Of a stretch of DNA of 64,000 nt, positions 29,532 to 40,526 are shown piece after piece. Source of the DNA: Candidatus Latescibacterota bacterium (lineage in GTDB: Bacteria > Latescibacterota > UBA2968 > UBA8231); contig OY730476.1 in NCBI GenBank assembly GCA_963422735.1, positions 1,760,001 through 1,824,000 on the forward strand. Reading direction: 5' to 3'. The translations under genes were made by a program, and so were the position numbers. Each line of letters starts with the position of its first letter. The first letter of the stretch is position 1. A model generated the notes under the pieces. That model saw only the letters and a list, made by a program, of their open reading frames with translations, was not told where the DNA came from and made no database searches.

Positions 29532-30569
29532 TCATTCGGTCGGAGGGAGAAGCGTTTCGATCAGCGTCGCAAACGCCTCTATATCCCCTGCCTCGGTATC
29601 GAACGAGGTCATCCAGCGCACCTCGCCCCGATTCCAAGGATAAAAGAAAAACTCCTGCTGCAAAATGGGAATCACCTCCACCGGCAACCGGGCGAAGACG
29701 GCGTTGGACTGCACTGGGTAGATCACCTCCACCCCGCGAATGGGCCGCACTCGCTCTGCCAGCACCTGAGCCATGGCATTGGCGTGCTGGGCGCTCCGAC
29801 GCCACAGGTCGTCGGTCAACAGGGCCGTAAACTGCGCGGCGACAAAGCGCATCTTAGAGGCCAGTTGCATCCCCTGCTTGCGCGCCCGGCGATAGTGCAC
29901 GGCCAACTCAGGCTCAAAGAAGACCACAGCTTCCCCCAGCATCAGGCCGTTCTTGGTGCCGCCAAACGACAGCACATCGACCCCGCAATCCCCGGTGACC
30001 TCCCGCAGTTCCAAGCCCAAGCTCACGGCTGCGTTGGCGATCCGCGCCCCATCGACGTGCAGGAGCAACCCGTGTTCGTGGGCGCAGTCGGCGAGGGCAC
30101 AGATCTCGCTGGGTGCATAGACGGTGCCCAATTCGGTGGACTGAGTAATCGACACCACGCGGGGGCGCACTTGGTGCTCGTCGCCGCGAGCCGCAATGTG
30201 TGCAGCGACTCCCTCGGGAGTGATTTTGCCGTCGGGCGCGGGCGCGGGCAGGAGCTTGACGCCGGCCACCTGTTCGGGGGCACCGCATTCGTCGATGTGG
30301 AGGTGGGCCGTGTCCGAGCAGATCACCGCGTCGCAAAAGCGCGTGAGTGCGGAGAGGGCCGTAACATTGGCTCCGGTGCCGTTGAACACAAAGAAAACCT
30401 CTACCTCCGATCCCAACACCTCGCGAAAAAGCGCGACAGCTTCGGCCGTGTGGGGATCGTCCCCATAGGAATGCACGTGCCCCACGTTGACTCGCTGTAA
30501 GGCCGCCATGACCTCGGGGTGGACCCCAGCGTGATTGTCGCTGCCAAAGCCGCGAATGCGCTCGCCCAT
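29532..30569 (-). CDS. ltaE: Low-specificity L-threonine aldolase
   Basis: FGSDNHAG, NGTGANV, DECGAPE, HVDGARIANA, SFGGTKNG. Confidence 0.9.
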   Translation of the reverse strand: MGERIRGFGSDNHAGVHPEVMAALQRVNVGHVHSYGDDPHTAEAVALFREVLGSEVEVFFVFNGTGANVTALSALTRFCDAVICSDTAHLHIDECGAPEQVAGVKLLPAPAPDGKITPEGVAAHIAARGDEHQVRPRVVSITQSTELGTVYAPSEICALADCAHEHGLLLHVDGARIANAAVSLGLELREVTGDCGVDVLSFGGTKNGLMLGEAVVFFEPELAVHYRRARKQGMQLASKMRFVAAQFTALLTDDLWRRSAQHANAMAQVLAERVRPIRGVEVIYPVQSNAVFARLPVEVIPILQQEFFFYPWNRGEVRWMTSFDTEAGDIEAFATLIETLLPPTE

Positions 30570-30662
30570 TATTGCCAGTGCCTTTCTCTGTTGTGTGTTT
30601 TACTACTTAGGTTGTCGTCTCGTCGGGGGTTGCCCCTCAAGTCCCTCCCGATGAAACGATTT

Positions 30663-31513
30663 CTAATCACGCACGCATAGCCTGAACCGCAGCTTTTCGT
30701 TCAACTTTTCCACGAACGCATCTTTGTTCGGCACCGCGGGGTTGCTTCGCATGGCTTGATATACCTCCTCAACGGTGGTCGATATGAAGCGAGTAGGTGT
30801 CAACGTCAAACGATCGCCGTTTGGCACCATGTCGTACAGCGCGAATGCGGAAGCGTATTTCGGTGAAAATCCATCCTTCTTGAAGCCGTATCGGGAGACC
30901 AAGTTCGCATAAATATACTCCTGTATAACCCAGTAGCACTTCGAGTCCCAGGCCTCGTACACGATGCCTTTATTCATCAGTTGAGTGATGGCGCGCTTTA
31001 TCGAGTCGTAGGTATTCATCCCAAACTTGTAGGATTGACTCTGTAAGTTGCTCCCTTCGTAGAAATCGCATATTCCGCGAACCAACTCTCCGGTTTGCGT
31101 CGTAGAGTCGGACTGAAATTCGACGGCGACAAATTCATCCACCGTAGATTGCATTGGTTTGTGTTTGGTTATGACGTAATCAATGTTGCCCACGTTCGGC
31201 AGGCGGACTTCAGGAAAAACAACGATATTGTCCGTATTGCCAAAATGGTGTACTGCAATGTCTTCCAAAACCCGGGCCACCCCGGCGAGCGAGCCGCGTT
31301 CCTCAAAGCGATGCGGGCAAATTGCGTGGATCTCGCCGTCGTACTCCACGGAACAGACACCAAAAGGAAAGTCAATCAGCCGGCTTTCCTTGTTGCACCG
31401 CTTTTCTCGGAACGGGCACCGATGATCTCGGCGAGCGTTTCGCGCTACATCGGAGCGATTCCCGACCGGGTACCCAAAATTTCCGCCGGCCGTCTGCCCA
31501 AGTTCTCAGCCAT
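30663..31513 (-). pseudogene. NotI-family restriction endonuclease, frameshifted near 5' end
   Basis: MAENLGRRPAEI then -1 T in GAAATTTTGGG (~31477); restored frame gives FGYP...CPF...CNK...GVCSV...ICPHRF, IDYV, AVEFQ PD-(D/E)xK-like motif. Confidence 0.78.
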
Positions 31514-33644
31514 CTGTTCCCTCCCGAATGAGGCTTTTCCAAGCGGCGCGAATTTCGCCCGGCGAGAATGCACTTTCCAACAACCAGCCCAGCGTTGCGC
31601 CGCATTGCCGGCAAAACGTTTCGCTGTCATTGGTGTCAATAGCGTCCAAGGGCGTCCACGGAGTGGATAGTCTGTTGCCGTCGAGAGCAAAAACCAAAAC
31701 GCTGTCGTGCCGGATTGAGTTCAAGTTGCGGATGTGTACTGAGATAGGATGTTCGGAATACACTACGTAAGCGTTCATCAGCCTAAACCCAGCGCTTTTG
31801 AGAGCCAACGTGAGTTCGGCCCACGCTCTAGGATCCCAGTGGTGAAAAGTAAACACCATCCGCCCGGTCTGCTTCTTTAGAACGCGCCCGCACTCTGCGA
31901 AAATCCCCGCGAGCACTCTCATAAAATTGCTGGCACCAGCGGTCGCTTTTGTCGCGACAGCACTGTCGGATTCGTCGTAACTCCATTCGGCCTCGTCGGG
32001 AAGCAGGCGCGTCAGCCACACCCGAAAAAAAGCCGCCAGATTGCTGTATTGCACGCTGTCGTAATAGGGAGGGTCGGTCACTATCACATCTACGGAATGG
32101 TCGTCGATGGGCAGGCTCCGCGAATCGCCCTGAATGAGCCAAAAGCGGCTCCGATCGCGCACGAGCTCAGCCTGATTGAAAACCTCAACGCCGTCATCCA
32201 CTTCTCCCGATATCTTGACTAACCGCCTTTTGCCGTCTTCCCCAATTTTCCGTTCAACGGGCAATACCGACCACTTGCGCCCTCGCTCAATCCGGTCGCG
32301 AAAGAGCAATTGCAGGTTGCCGGATGACTTGCGAGGATTGACCGGGTTGTTCTCCAGTGCCGTGTATTGGAACGAATAGGCATGCAAAGCGAAAACGTGC
32401 CGAATCGCGCCCGGACGGCGCTTGTACCAACCCTTGTACCCGCAGAGCATTGCATTGAACTCTAAAGATGTGGACACAAGCATCCCGAGGGTGAGTTTAT
32501 CTATGCCCGCGTAGTCGTGCAGTTGCCGAATCACTTGATGCAAGTATAGTAGCTGACGGGATGAAAAAACATCGAGGTACGAACGGACATTGCGTCTTAG
32601 CAGGTCGCCGGACTTAGGGCCGTCATGCACCCTGAAATCCTCCAATGGCCCGAAATCCAGTTCGCTGCGCCGCTCGTCGGCCCGCTTGATTCGCGCCAAG
32701 TCCGCCTCACTAGGCGAACGGAAAAAGCTGCCGTGATCAGGGCAGGCCGCAACAATCGCAATCGGCGCATAGCGTACATAAAGTGGCAAATCGAGCAGTT
32801 CCTCGTACTTCTGACCGCAGCTAGGACACTCCTTTTCGGCTTTGGTAATCAGATTCGCGGCTGCACTGGGAGACAACGTTTCGACGGCGGCTTGCTGCCC
32901 ATTTTGATTGCGAAAAATCTCCCCGCTCTCAGGGCAAATGCTGATTTTTGCGTCGTCCTCGTGTCGCAAATCGCACTGGTCAATCTGCACGACATTCCGA
33001 CAAGCGCATTTTTTACGCAGCCCGTGCAGCACATACTGGATATCCACAGTCTGCTCACAGGTAGGACATTCGGTCTGGAAGTAAGGCCCCAAGCTATTGT
33101 GCAGATCGGCGAAGAACCGATTGAAAGCCACTCGCAAACCCGTCAACTCAACCTGCGTAAGCGATGCTCGGGCCTGCACAATCGGGATAGGGTCAATGTC
33201 CGCGCCGATGACGTTCGCGCCGAGGCGAATCGCCTCGTGCAGAGTCGTGCCGCCTCCCATCATTGGGTCAAGCACGGTTATGCCTTCTAGTCCGCCAGGC
33301 GCGTAGTAATCGCGGCACTCGCGGTTGGCCGCAAATTGCTTGAGTATGGTGCGAAACGTGGAACCGCACCGCCGTGCCCACCACTTGTGCAGATACGTGT
33401 TTGGACGAAAGAGATGTTTGTTGAACACCTCCTGACGGGAAAGGTCGTTGACAAATTCCTCGGGAAAGGTGCGATCTATCCCGAGACTGTGTTCCGTTCG
33501 CCACGGGCGAATTAGTTCATTCAGCGTCAATTGGCTCACGTCGCGTACAACTTCTCCGGATGGTGGATTGATTTTTCTAACGATGAGTACTCGGCCATTT
33601 TGCACCCCTCGGCGGACGCACTTGCCATACTTTGCTGTGTGCAA
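31506..33644 (-). CDS. DNA amino-methyltransferase with Cys-rich insert (DUF1156-like); start uncertain (possibly 33539)
   Basis: HKWWARR, LDPMMGGGTT (SAM binding), several CxxC, IVTDPPYYD catalytic motif, VFTFHH. Confidence 0.88.
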   Translation of the reverse strand: MHTAKYGKCVRRGVQNGRVLIVRKINPPSGEVVRDVSQLTLNELIRPWRTEHSLGIDRTFPEEFVNDLSRQEVFNKHLFRPNTYLHKWWARRCGSTFRTILKQFAANRECRDYYAPGGLEGITVLDPMMGGGTTLHEAIRLGANVIGADIDPIPIVQARASLTQVELTGLRVAFNRFFADLHNSLGPYFQTECPTCEQTVDIQYVLHGLRKKCACRNVVQIDQCDLRHEDDAKISICPESGEIFRNQNGQQAAVETLSPSAAANLITKAEKECPSCGQKYEELLDLPLYVRYAPIAIVAACPDHGSFFRSPSEADLARIKRADERRSELDFGPLEDFRVHDGPKSGDLLRRNVRSYLDVFSSRQLLYLHQVIRQLHDYAGIDKLTLGMLVSTSLEFNAMLCGYKGWYKRRPGAIRHVFALHAYSFQYTALENNPVNPRKSSGNLQLLFRDRIERGRKWSVLPVERKIGEDGKRRLVKISGEVDDGVEVFNQAELVRDRSRFWLIQGDSRSLPIDDHSVDVIVTDPPYYDSVQYSNLAAFFRVWLTRLLPDEAEWSYDESDSAVATKATAGASNFMRVLAGIFAECGRVLKKQTGRMVFTFHHWDPRAWAELTLALKSAGFRLMNAYVVYSEHPISVHIRNLNSIRHDSVLVFALDGNRLSTPWTPLDAIDTNDSETFCRQCGATLGWLLESAFSPGEIRAAWKSLIREGTDG

Positions 33645-33740
33645 TCAATAGGTTGGGAAATTGTTCCATCATCAGTATCCAATAGGATTCGGTAGGTAGA
33701 TGAACAAATATAGCTTCCCGGCGTCATTCTCCGGTGCCTC

Positions 33741-36467
33741 TCAATGCGCCTCTAGCCAGTTTTCGCCCACGCCCATCTCGATTGCTATCGGCACCTGCAT
33801 CGGCAGGGCCTCGCGCATCTCGCGCTCGACTAGAGGCGGTAGGGTCTCTATCTCGTCCCGGTGCAGGTCGAAGACCAACTCGTCGTGGACCTGTAACAGC
33901 ATCGCCGAACGGAACCCTTCCTCGCGGAGTAGCCGGTGGATGCGGCTCATGGCCAGCTTGATCATATCCGCGGCCGTACCCTGAATGCGGGTGTTGATCG
34001 CGTTGCGCTCGGCTCCTTTGCGGGTGGTGGCATTGCGCGAGTTGATATCGCGCAGATAGCGCCGCCGCCCAGTCATCGTCTCGACGTAGCCCTTGTCGCG
34101 GGCGAACTCCACGGTTTCATCGACATAGCGTTGTACCCCGGGGTACTGAGCAAAGTACTGCTCGATCCGCTCGGAGGCCTCCCGGCGGGAGATGTCGAGC
34201 CGCTCGGCCAGTCCAAAGGGCGAGATCCCGTAGATGATGCCGAAGTTGACCGTTTTGGCTTGGCGGCGCATCTGGGCTGTCACTTGGTCTTCTGCGACTT
34301 GGTAGATTTTTGCGGCCGTGGCGACGTGGATGTCACCGCCGCTTTTGAAGGTGTCCAGCATTCCCTCTTCACTACTGAGCGCGGCGGCGATCCGCAGTTC
34401 GATTTGCGAATAGTCGGCCGAGAAGAGCAGGTAGTCGCTGCTGCGCGGGACGAAGGCGCGGCGGATTTCCCGCCCCTGCTCGCTGCGAATGGGAATGTTC
34501 TGGAGGTTCGGGCGGTCGGATTTCATCCGCCCGGTGGCAGTCATTAGCTGTTCGTAGTTGGTGTGGACGCGCCCGGTGGCCTTATAGACCGCGCTGGGTA
34601 GCTGATCGACATACGTTGACTTGAGCTTGGTGTGCAATCGGTAGTCGAGCACCTGCCGCGCGATTTCGTGGCGATGAGCCAGCCGGCGCAAGACCTGTTC
34701 GCCCGTCTGGTACTGGCCGGTCTTCTGCGTCCGCCGCGCATTGGGGTCCAGCGCCAGCTTCTCAAAGAGTACGGTCCCGAGCTGATGGCCCGAATTGAGG
34801 TTGAAACGCTCGCCGGCTAGCTCGAACACGCGCTCGCTGGCTTGCTCAATGGCCGCCTCAAGCTGCTGCGAAAGCGCGGAGAGAGCCGCCGTTTCCATGC
34901 GGATGCCCTCGAACTCCATATCCACTAGCACCGGCAGGAGCGGGGCTTCGATCTCGTAGAAGACTTGGTGCTGCCCCATAGCTTCGATTTTCGGCCGCAG
35001 CGCCGCAGCGAGTTGGAAGGTGATGTCCGCGTCCTCACAGGCGTACTCGGCCACTTGCTCCACCGGCACCTGCAAGAGCGTTAGCTGCTCACCGCCGCGC
35101 TCGCCGATCAGCTCGGATATGGGCTTGGGCGAATAGGAGAGCAGGCTCTTGGCCAGCTCGTCCATGCTGCGTCTCAGCTCTGGCTCGGCCAAGGTCGCCG
35201 CCAGCATCGTGTCGAAGAAAGGCCCCTCCACCCGCACTCCGTGCCAGCGCAATACGGTGAGATCGTACTTGAGGTTGTGGCCGATTTTTTCGCTCGCTCC
35301 ACTTGCAAAGACTGGGAGAAAATCCTCCAAAACGGCCAGCACCTCAGCCCGTGCCCCAAGCAGCGGCACGTAGTGGCCCGTACCCGGTGCCCACGAAAAG
35401 GCCAAGCCAATCAGGCTACACTGCCGGGCGTCGAGACCATCGGTCTCGCAATCAAAGCAAAACACAGGCTGCTCTAAGAGCTCCGCGATCAACGCCCGCC
35501 GCTTGTCAGGCGTATCAACGAGTTGATAGTCGTGCTCTACATCGGCCACCCCTCTAAGCGGGCCGTGGACCGGTTCCTTTTCGGCGCTAAATTCGTCGCC
35601 GAGGAGCCGCCGGCCCAGCGTACGGAATTCGAGCTCGGCGAAGAGGATCTCCAGCTTCTCACGGTCCCATTCGGCCTTGGCCAAATCCGCCAGTCCCACG
35701 TCCAGTGGCACGTTGCACTCGATGGTGACTAGCTCCTTGGAGAGCAGAGCCTGTTCCCGGTATTCTTCTACATTCTGTTTCTGCTTGCCCTTGAGTTGGC
35801 CGGAGTGGGCCAGCAATTCTTCGATGCTGCCGTACTGGGCGATGAGCTTTTGCGCCGTCTTGGGACCGATCTTAGGTACGCCGGGCACATTGTCCGAAGA
35901 ATCGCCCATCAGCCCCAGCACATCAACCACTTGGTCAATCCGCTCAATCTGCCATTGTGCGAGGATTTCCGGCACCCCCAAAACCTCGGCTTCGCCGCCG
36001 CCGCGCCCCGGCTTGTACATAAAGCTCCGCTCGGAAACGAGTTGGCCGTAGTCCTTGTCGGGCGTGACCATGTACGTCGCAAACCCCTCGGCCTCGGCCT
36101 TTTTGGCCAAGGTGCCGATCACGTCGTCGGCTTCCCACCCCGGCTCGCGTAAGACCGGGATATTAAACGCCTCGCAGAGCCGGAATACATAAGGCAGGGC
36201 TTGGCTCAAATCCTCGGGCATCGCCTCGCGCTGGGCTTTGTACTCTTCGTACTTGTGGTGCCGATGCGTAGGCTCAGGCGTGTCGAAGACGACGGCGATA
36301 TGCGTTGGCTCGCACTTTTCGATGATGGAGAGCAAGGTGTTGGCAAAGGCAAAAACGGCTGAAGCGTTCATGCCCTTTGAGGTCAGGCGCGGGTTGCGGA
36401 TCAGGGCAAAGTGGCCCCGATAGACCAACGCCATGCCATCGAGTAGGAAGAGAACTTTTTCGCTCAT
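33741..36467 (-). CDS. polA: DNA polymerase I
   Basis: LLDGMALVYR 5'-exo, EADDVIG, FDCET 3'-exo, ADYSQIELR, AKTVNFGIIYG, QVHDEL. Confidence 0.98.
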   Translation of the reverse strand: MSEKVLFLLDGMALVYRGHFALIRNPRLTSKGMNASAVFAFANTLLSIIEKCEPTHIAVVFDTPEPTHRHHKYEEYKAQREAMPEDLSQALPYVFRLCEAFNIPVLREPGWEADDVIGTLAKKAEAEGFATYMVTPDKDYGQLVSERSFMYKPGRGGGEAEVLGVPEILAQWQIERIDQVVDVLGLMGDSSDNVPGVPKIGPKTAQKLIAQYGSIEELLAHSGQLKGKQKQNVEEYREQALLSKELVTIECNVPLDVGLADLAKAEWDREKLEILFAELEFRTLGRRLLGDEFSAEKEPVHGPLRGVADVEHDYQLVDTPDKRRALIAELLEQPVFCFDCETDGLDARQCSLIGLAFSWAPGTGHYVPLLGARAEVLAVLEDFLPVFASGASEKIGHNLKYDLTVLRWHGVRVEGPFFDTMLAATLAEPELRRSMDELAKSLLSYSPKPISELIGERGGEQLTLLQVPVEQVAEYACEDADITFQLAAALRPKIEAMGQHQVFYEIEAPLLPVLVDMEFEGIRMETAALSALSQQLEAAIEQASERVFELAGERFNLNSGHQLGTVLFEKLALDPNARRTQKTGQYQTGEQVLRRLAHRHEIARQVLDYRLHTKLKSTYVDQLPSAVYKATGRVHTNYEQLMTATGRMKSDRPNLQNIPIRSEQGREIRRAFVPRSSDYLLFSADYSQIELRIAAALSSEEGMLDTFKSGGDIHVATAAKIYQVAEDQVTAQMRRQAKTVNFGIIYGISPFGLAERLDISRREASERIEQYFAQYPGVQRYVDETVEFARDKGYVETMTGRRRYLRDINSRNATTRKGAERNAINTRIQGTAADMIKLAMSRIHRLLREEGFRSAMLLQVHDELVFDLHRDEIETLPPLVEREMREALPMQVPIAIEMGVGENWLEAH

Positions 36468-36487
36468 GCAGGATTCTTTCGTCGCGC

Positions 36488-37327
36488 TCAAACGGCTTGG
36501 TTGGCCGCTTCGTAGTATTTGTTGATGCCGGGCACGTCGCTCATCCCGTGCCACACGCCCCGGAAGAGCGTGCGGCGTTTCTGTGGGAACGAGGCGATCA
36601 CTTCGGACGACGGGCAGCCCTTGCCCCACTTGGAATTGACGGTGTCGTAGCAGGTAAACAAGGTCAGCCGGTCTCGCTGCTGGTTGGTCCAGCGCGTACC
36701 CGAATGGCACAGGGCCTCGGTGAAAATCACGGCCGAACCGGCTGGGCAGGTATAGCTCTCCCACAGCGCACTGTCGCGCTGGCTCAGCTCTTTGGGCCGG
36801 GGGAAGGCGGCCTTGTGGCTGCCCGGCAGAAAAAGCGTACCCCCGTCGCCCTCGCCGACTTCGTTGAGTTCCCACACCACTCGCGTCAGCCCGGAATGCA
36901 CTTTACCCGGCTGCATCTGATAGATGTGCGAGTTGCCGCGAAAGTTGAAGTAGCCACCGCCGCCGTGCGGGCCGAAGTTGTCGTGTCCGGCCTGGCGATG
37001 GCTGGTATAGGTATGGTCGTAGCGGAACCCATAGCAGTCTTCGCTGGCCAGCCCTTGATGCGAGAGCACTTCGTTGAGTACGCCCACTACCGCCGGGTGG
37101 TCGAGCAAGATCTGCGACGGGCCGCCGTGATTGTCGCGCTCGGGCGGCGGCAGGGACTCGCGCTCGTAGAGAAACTTATGCTGGTGAGCGCGGATCGGCA
37201 CCAACTCTTCTTCGCTCAACAGCGCAGGCAAGAGGATAAACCCCTTGAGGTCGAAGAAGTACTTCTGGGCCTCGGTCATCGGGATGACATCTCGCCCGTC
37301 GGCATTGGTCGTCGGTAGCAGCTCCAT
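36488..37327 (-). CDS. Phytanoyl-CoA dioxygenase (PhyH) family protein
   Basis: FFDLKGF, PHGG, GGTLFLPGSHK, LCHSG. Confidence 0.82.
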   Translation of the reverse strand: MELLPTTNADGRDVIPMTEAQKYFFDLKGFILLPALLSEEELVPIRAHQHKFLYERESLPPPERDNHGGPSQILLDHPAVVGVLNEVLSHQGLASEDCYGFRYDHTYTSHRQAGHDNFGPHGGGGYFNFRGNSHIYQMQPGKVHSGLTRVVWELNEVGEGDGGTLFLPGSHKAAFPRPKELSQRDSALWESYTCPAGSAVIFTEALCHSGTRWTNQQRDRLTLFTCYDTVNSKWGKGCPSSEVIASFPQKRRTLFRGVWHGMSDVPGINKYYEAANQAV

Positions 37328-37333
37328 AACGCC

Positions 37334-38347
37334 TCAGTCCTTCCAGTTGAATATCACATTGAGCATGTTTTTCTCTCGGCGATACGCCATTTCGTAGGCT
37401 TGGACCATGTCCGAGTAATGCAGCCGGTGCGTGACTAGGCGGCTCGGTTGGAGCTTGCCTTCCTGCATAAGCGAGAGCACGTGGGCGCAGCGGCTGTCGT
37501 TGCCAAAGCGATCTCCATCCGGCGGAGGAAAAAGCGACCCAGCCCGGTCGTTGACGGCGCAAAGCGAAACGCCCTTGAAGTAAAACCAACTCATGTCCAG
37601 CGGGTTAAAATCCAGCGGCGCTTCGCCTCGCCCGGGCAAGCTGACGATCGCCACTCGCCCGTTGGACCGGACTACTTCCATGGCCGTGCGATACGCTGGC
37701 CAAGGATTAGCCGTCAGTATCACCAAGTCAATCCCCTGCCCGTGGGTGAACTCGTCCAGCTTGGCCGCTAGCGCAGGGTCGTCCGACAACAGGGCCTCGT
37801 GCGCCCCCATCTGGCGCGCCATGTCCAGCCGCACCGAGCTGTTGCCCAACCCCACGACCCGCGCCCCAAAAAGCGGGCCTAGTGCCACGGCCCCTAGCCC
37901 CAAGACGCCCAATCCCACGACGGCTACGGTCTCGCCGGGCGCGAAAAAAGCCTTGGTATAGCAATGCATGCTCAAGGCGTACAAATGGGCGAATACCGCA
38001 TCTTCGGCTGCAACCCCATCCGGCACGGGTACGATGCTTTCGCTGTCCCGCGCTACGTACGCCGACTGATGGGGATGCCGCGACACCACCCGATCCCCCA
38101 CTGCGAACTTGATAACCTTGCTGCCGACACCTCGCACCACACCTAGGTTGCTGTCGCCCACCCAGCGCGGAAAATCCGGTGCCCCAGGCACCTGTTCGGC
38201 CCCTTCGTAGTTGCCGCGGTCGGTGCCGATCTTAAATCCCGTAATCTCCGTCTCCACCCAAATCTGGTCGTCCTCCAGATTCTCCGTGTCCAGCGTCCGA
38301 TCTTCAATCCGCAAGTCGCGCGGACCGTGCAGCATGGCAATTTTCAT
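37334..38347 (-). CDS. MDR superfamily (zinc-binding-like) dehydrogenase
   Basis: LHGPRDLRIE, VGDRV, VVGLGVLG Rossmann motif, LVTHR. Confidence 0.85.
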   Translation of the reverse strand: MKIAMLHGPRDLRIEDRTLDTENLEDDQIWVETEITGFKIGTDRGNYEGAEQVPGAPDFPRWVGDSNLGVVRGVGSKVIKFAVGDRVVSRHPHQSAYVARDSESIVPVPDGVAAEDAVFAHLYALSMHCYTKAFFAPGETVAVVGLGVLGLGAVALGPLFGARVVGLGNSSVRLDMARQMGAHEALLSDDPALAAKLDEFTHGQGIDLVILTANPWPAYRTAMEVVRSNGRVAIVSLPGRGEAPLDFNPLDMSWFYFKGVSLCAVNDRAGSLFPPPDGDRFGNDSRCAHVLSLMQEGKLQPSRLVTHRLHYSDMVQAYEMAYRREKNMLNVIFNWKD

Positions 38348-38366
38348 AGCGCTCTTCCTTTCAATT

Positions 38367-39939
38367 TCAAAGCCCGATCTCGTGGCGCAACGCCTCGGTC
38401 TCGGCGCACCAGTTGCCGACGTTCCAGCGGCCAAAAGCCCCCAAGCTGCCGCGCTCGTCTGGTCCGAAATAAACAGGGAGGTGAATAAGCGACAAGCCGC
38501 CGTGCGCCCGCGCTTGGTCCAACGCTCTCTCCAGCGACTCGGGCGAATACCCACCGCTCAATGCGACCACGCCTTCCACTGCGCTCGCCCAAGCTACGTA
38601 GTCAACGGCCACGCGGTCGCGGGTGCCACACTCGGCCCCGTACTGGGCTAGCTGCAGGCCCGAGATCGCGCCCATCCACCGATTGTCCAACAGCAAGATG
38701 CAACCGGTCGCTCCATGCTCTACGCCGTCAATGAGCACCTGTGGGTTCATGGTGAAAGAGCCATCGCCGCTAATGGCCAATCCGTAGAACGACTCGGCAG
38801 CTACTGCCGTGGCCAACAGCGCCGAGACTGCAAAACCCATATAGCTGGCCCCGGTCTCGGTAAAGGTGAGGCCCAAGCGATCGTCCTCTACTACCTGGAA
38901 GCCGTTGGCCTGCACGTCGCCGGCGTCGAAAAAACACACGGCGTCGCGGGTACGCGCCCAATCCGTGGCCACCTTGATCGCCGTCGGTTGGGTCAGAACC
39001 TCCGCGTCCCACACCTCCTCGTACAGCCGCGTAGTTGCCGCAGATCGATCCTTTGCTGCCGCCAACGGTCATGTTGCGCGGATGGTCGTACGGCAAGACG
39101 CCGGAAACTAAGGGACTGGTCGCCGCTACTGCATCGGCCAGCTCGAGCAATTCGGCCAACTCCGCCCCGGCCCCACGCGCTCCTCCGCCGACCTTGACGA
39201 CGACGCGCTCAGCCGCGGCAATGGCGGCTGCCGCCGCTGCGTGGCGACCCTCATCGGCGGCCGGACCCAACGGCGGCGGTGCGCCCACGGGTGGCTTGTC
39301 CAAATTGAATTGCGCCAGCTCGGCCGGTTGCACGTTGAGCGGCAAGAGTAAGAAAAACGGCCCGGCTTGATGAGGATGCTCCACTGCGTTGAGTCCGCGC
39401 CGGAGCGCAGCGGCAAGTGCCAGCGGCGTGTGCAGCGAGTACGCCCGGCCCACGGTGCCAAACAGCCGCAGGAAGGCGTTTTGTTCGGTCCCAAGGATCT
39501 GCTGCATGTTCGGCCCTTCGTCTTGGGTCGTCTCGTCCCCGAGCAGATACCAGATGCCCAACCCGTCCGAGCGCGGGACCATGGAGGCCGCCAGCGCTTG
39601 CAATGCACCTGGACCAATCGAGGTGACGGGCGCGGCCTTTTCTCCGCGCACCCAGCGCAGGGCCGCGGCCGCATGTGACGCCTCGATTTCGCTGCGCACC
39701 CCACAGACGCGCACTAGCCCCGCGTCCTGATAAATCCGCAACACCTCGCCGATCTCGGTCGAGCCGTGGCCGAAGACGCAAAAGAAGGTCCTGACGCCTT
39801 GCAACCAAAGCCCCAAGACTAACGCCTCGGATACCGTGGTGTCGATGCGGTGGCCCAGCACCCCAAGATCCCCGACTGCGGCGATTTGCTGCGCTCGCTC
39901 CTGCCGCGTCTGTGCTAATTGCGCTGCGGTTGCTTCCAT
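38367..39939 (-). pseudogene. IolD-like thiamine-pyrophosphate enzyme with internal deletion/frameshift
   Basis: VFGHG, TSIGPG, VGGSKGSICGNY then frame switch at ~39030 to RLYEEVW...GDVQANGFQ...GASYMGF...GDGSF. Confidence 0.8.
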
Positions 39940-39941
39940 AG

Positions 39942-40526
39942 TTAGCCGTCCGACAGGTACCCGCAGATACACTCAGCCACCACACGTCCCAATAGCTGCG
40001 ATCCCTCCGCGGTAAAATGCACCCCGTCTTGGGTCAAAAGCCGCGCCTTTCCCTCGCGTTGGACAACGACAAAGAGATCGTCAATCGGCACTCTTAGGTC
40101 CAGCGCCACGGCGCAGGCAGCAGCGTTGTAGGCTTCTACATCAGCCTCCAAGCGGTCGAAGCCCTTATTCTGATGGTGCCAATCCTCGTCCACCGGCGTG
40201 GTGGTGGCCCAGACGACAGCCCCGTTCAACTCGCGTTGCAGTCTTTGGAGTATCTGGCGCACGTTGCGTTCGTATTCGGCCAAGGGAACTTCGGATTCTG
40301 CGCCAAAGACCCTTTTCAAATCGTGTAGCCCACAATTGACGTGTACTATATCTGGTTGGCGTACGAGAATCCACTGATCCAGATGTGCGAGTACATTGCG
40401 ACTATCGCCGCCGTTTTGTTCGGGTGTCCAGACCTCGGCTCGACCCGCCAACTGTCTGACGACATGGTTCTGATAACCCATGCGGATCGAGTCGCCGATT
40501 AGGACGATGAGGGGCAAATTAGCCAT
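39942..40526 (-). CDS. SGNH/GDSL hydrolase
   Basis: IGDSI, NCGLHD, DGVHF. Confidence 0.92.
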   Translation of the reverse strand: MANLPLIVLIGDSIRMGYQNHVVRQLAGRAEVWTPEQNGGDSRNVLAHLDQWILVRQPDIVHVNCGLHDLKRVFGAESEVPLAEYERNVRQILQRLQRELNGAVVWATTTPVDEDWHHQNKGFDRLEADVEAYNAAACAVALDLRVPIDDLFVVVQREGKARLLTQDGVHFTAEGSQLLGRVVAECICGYLSDG

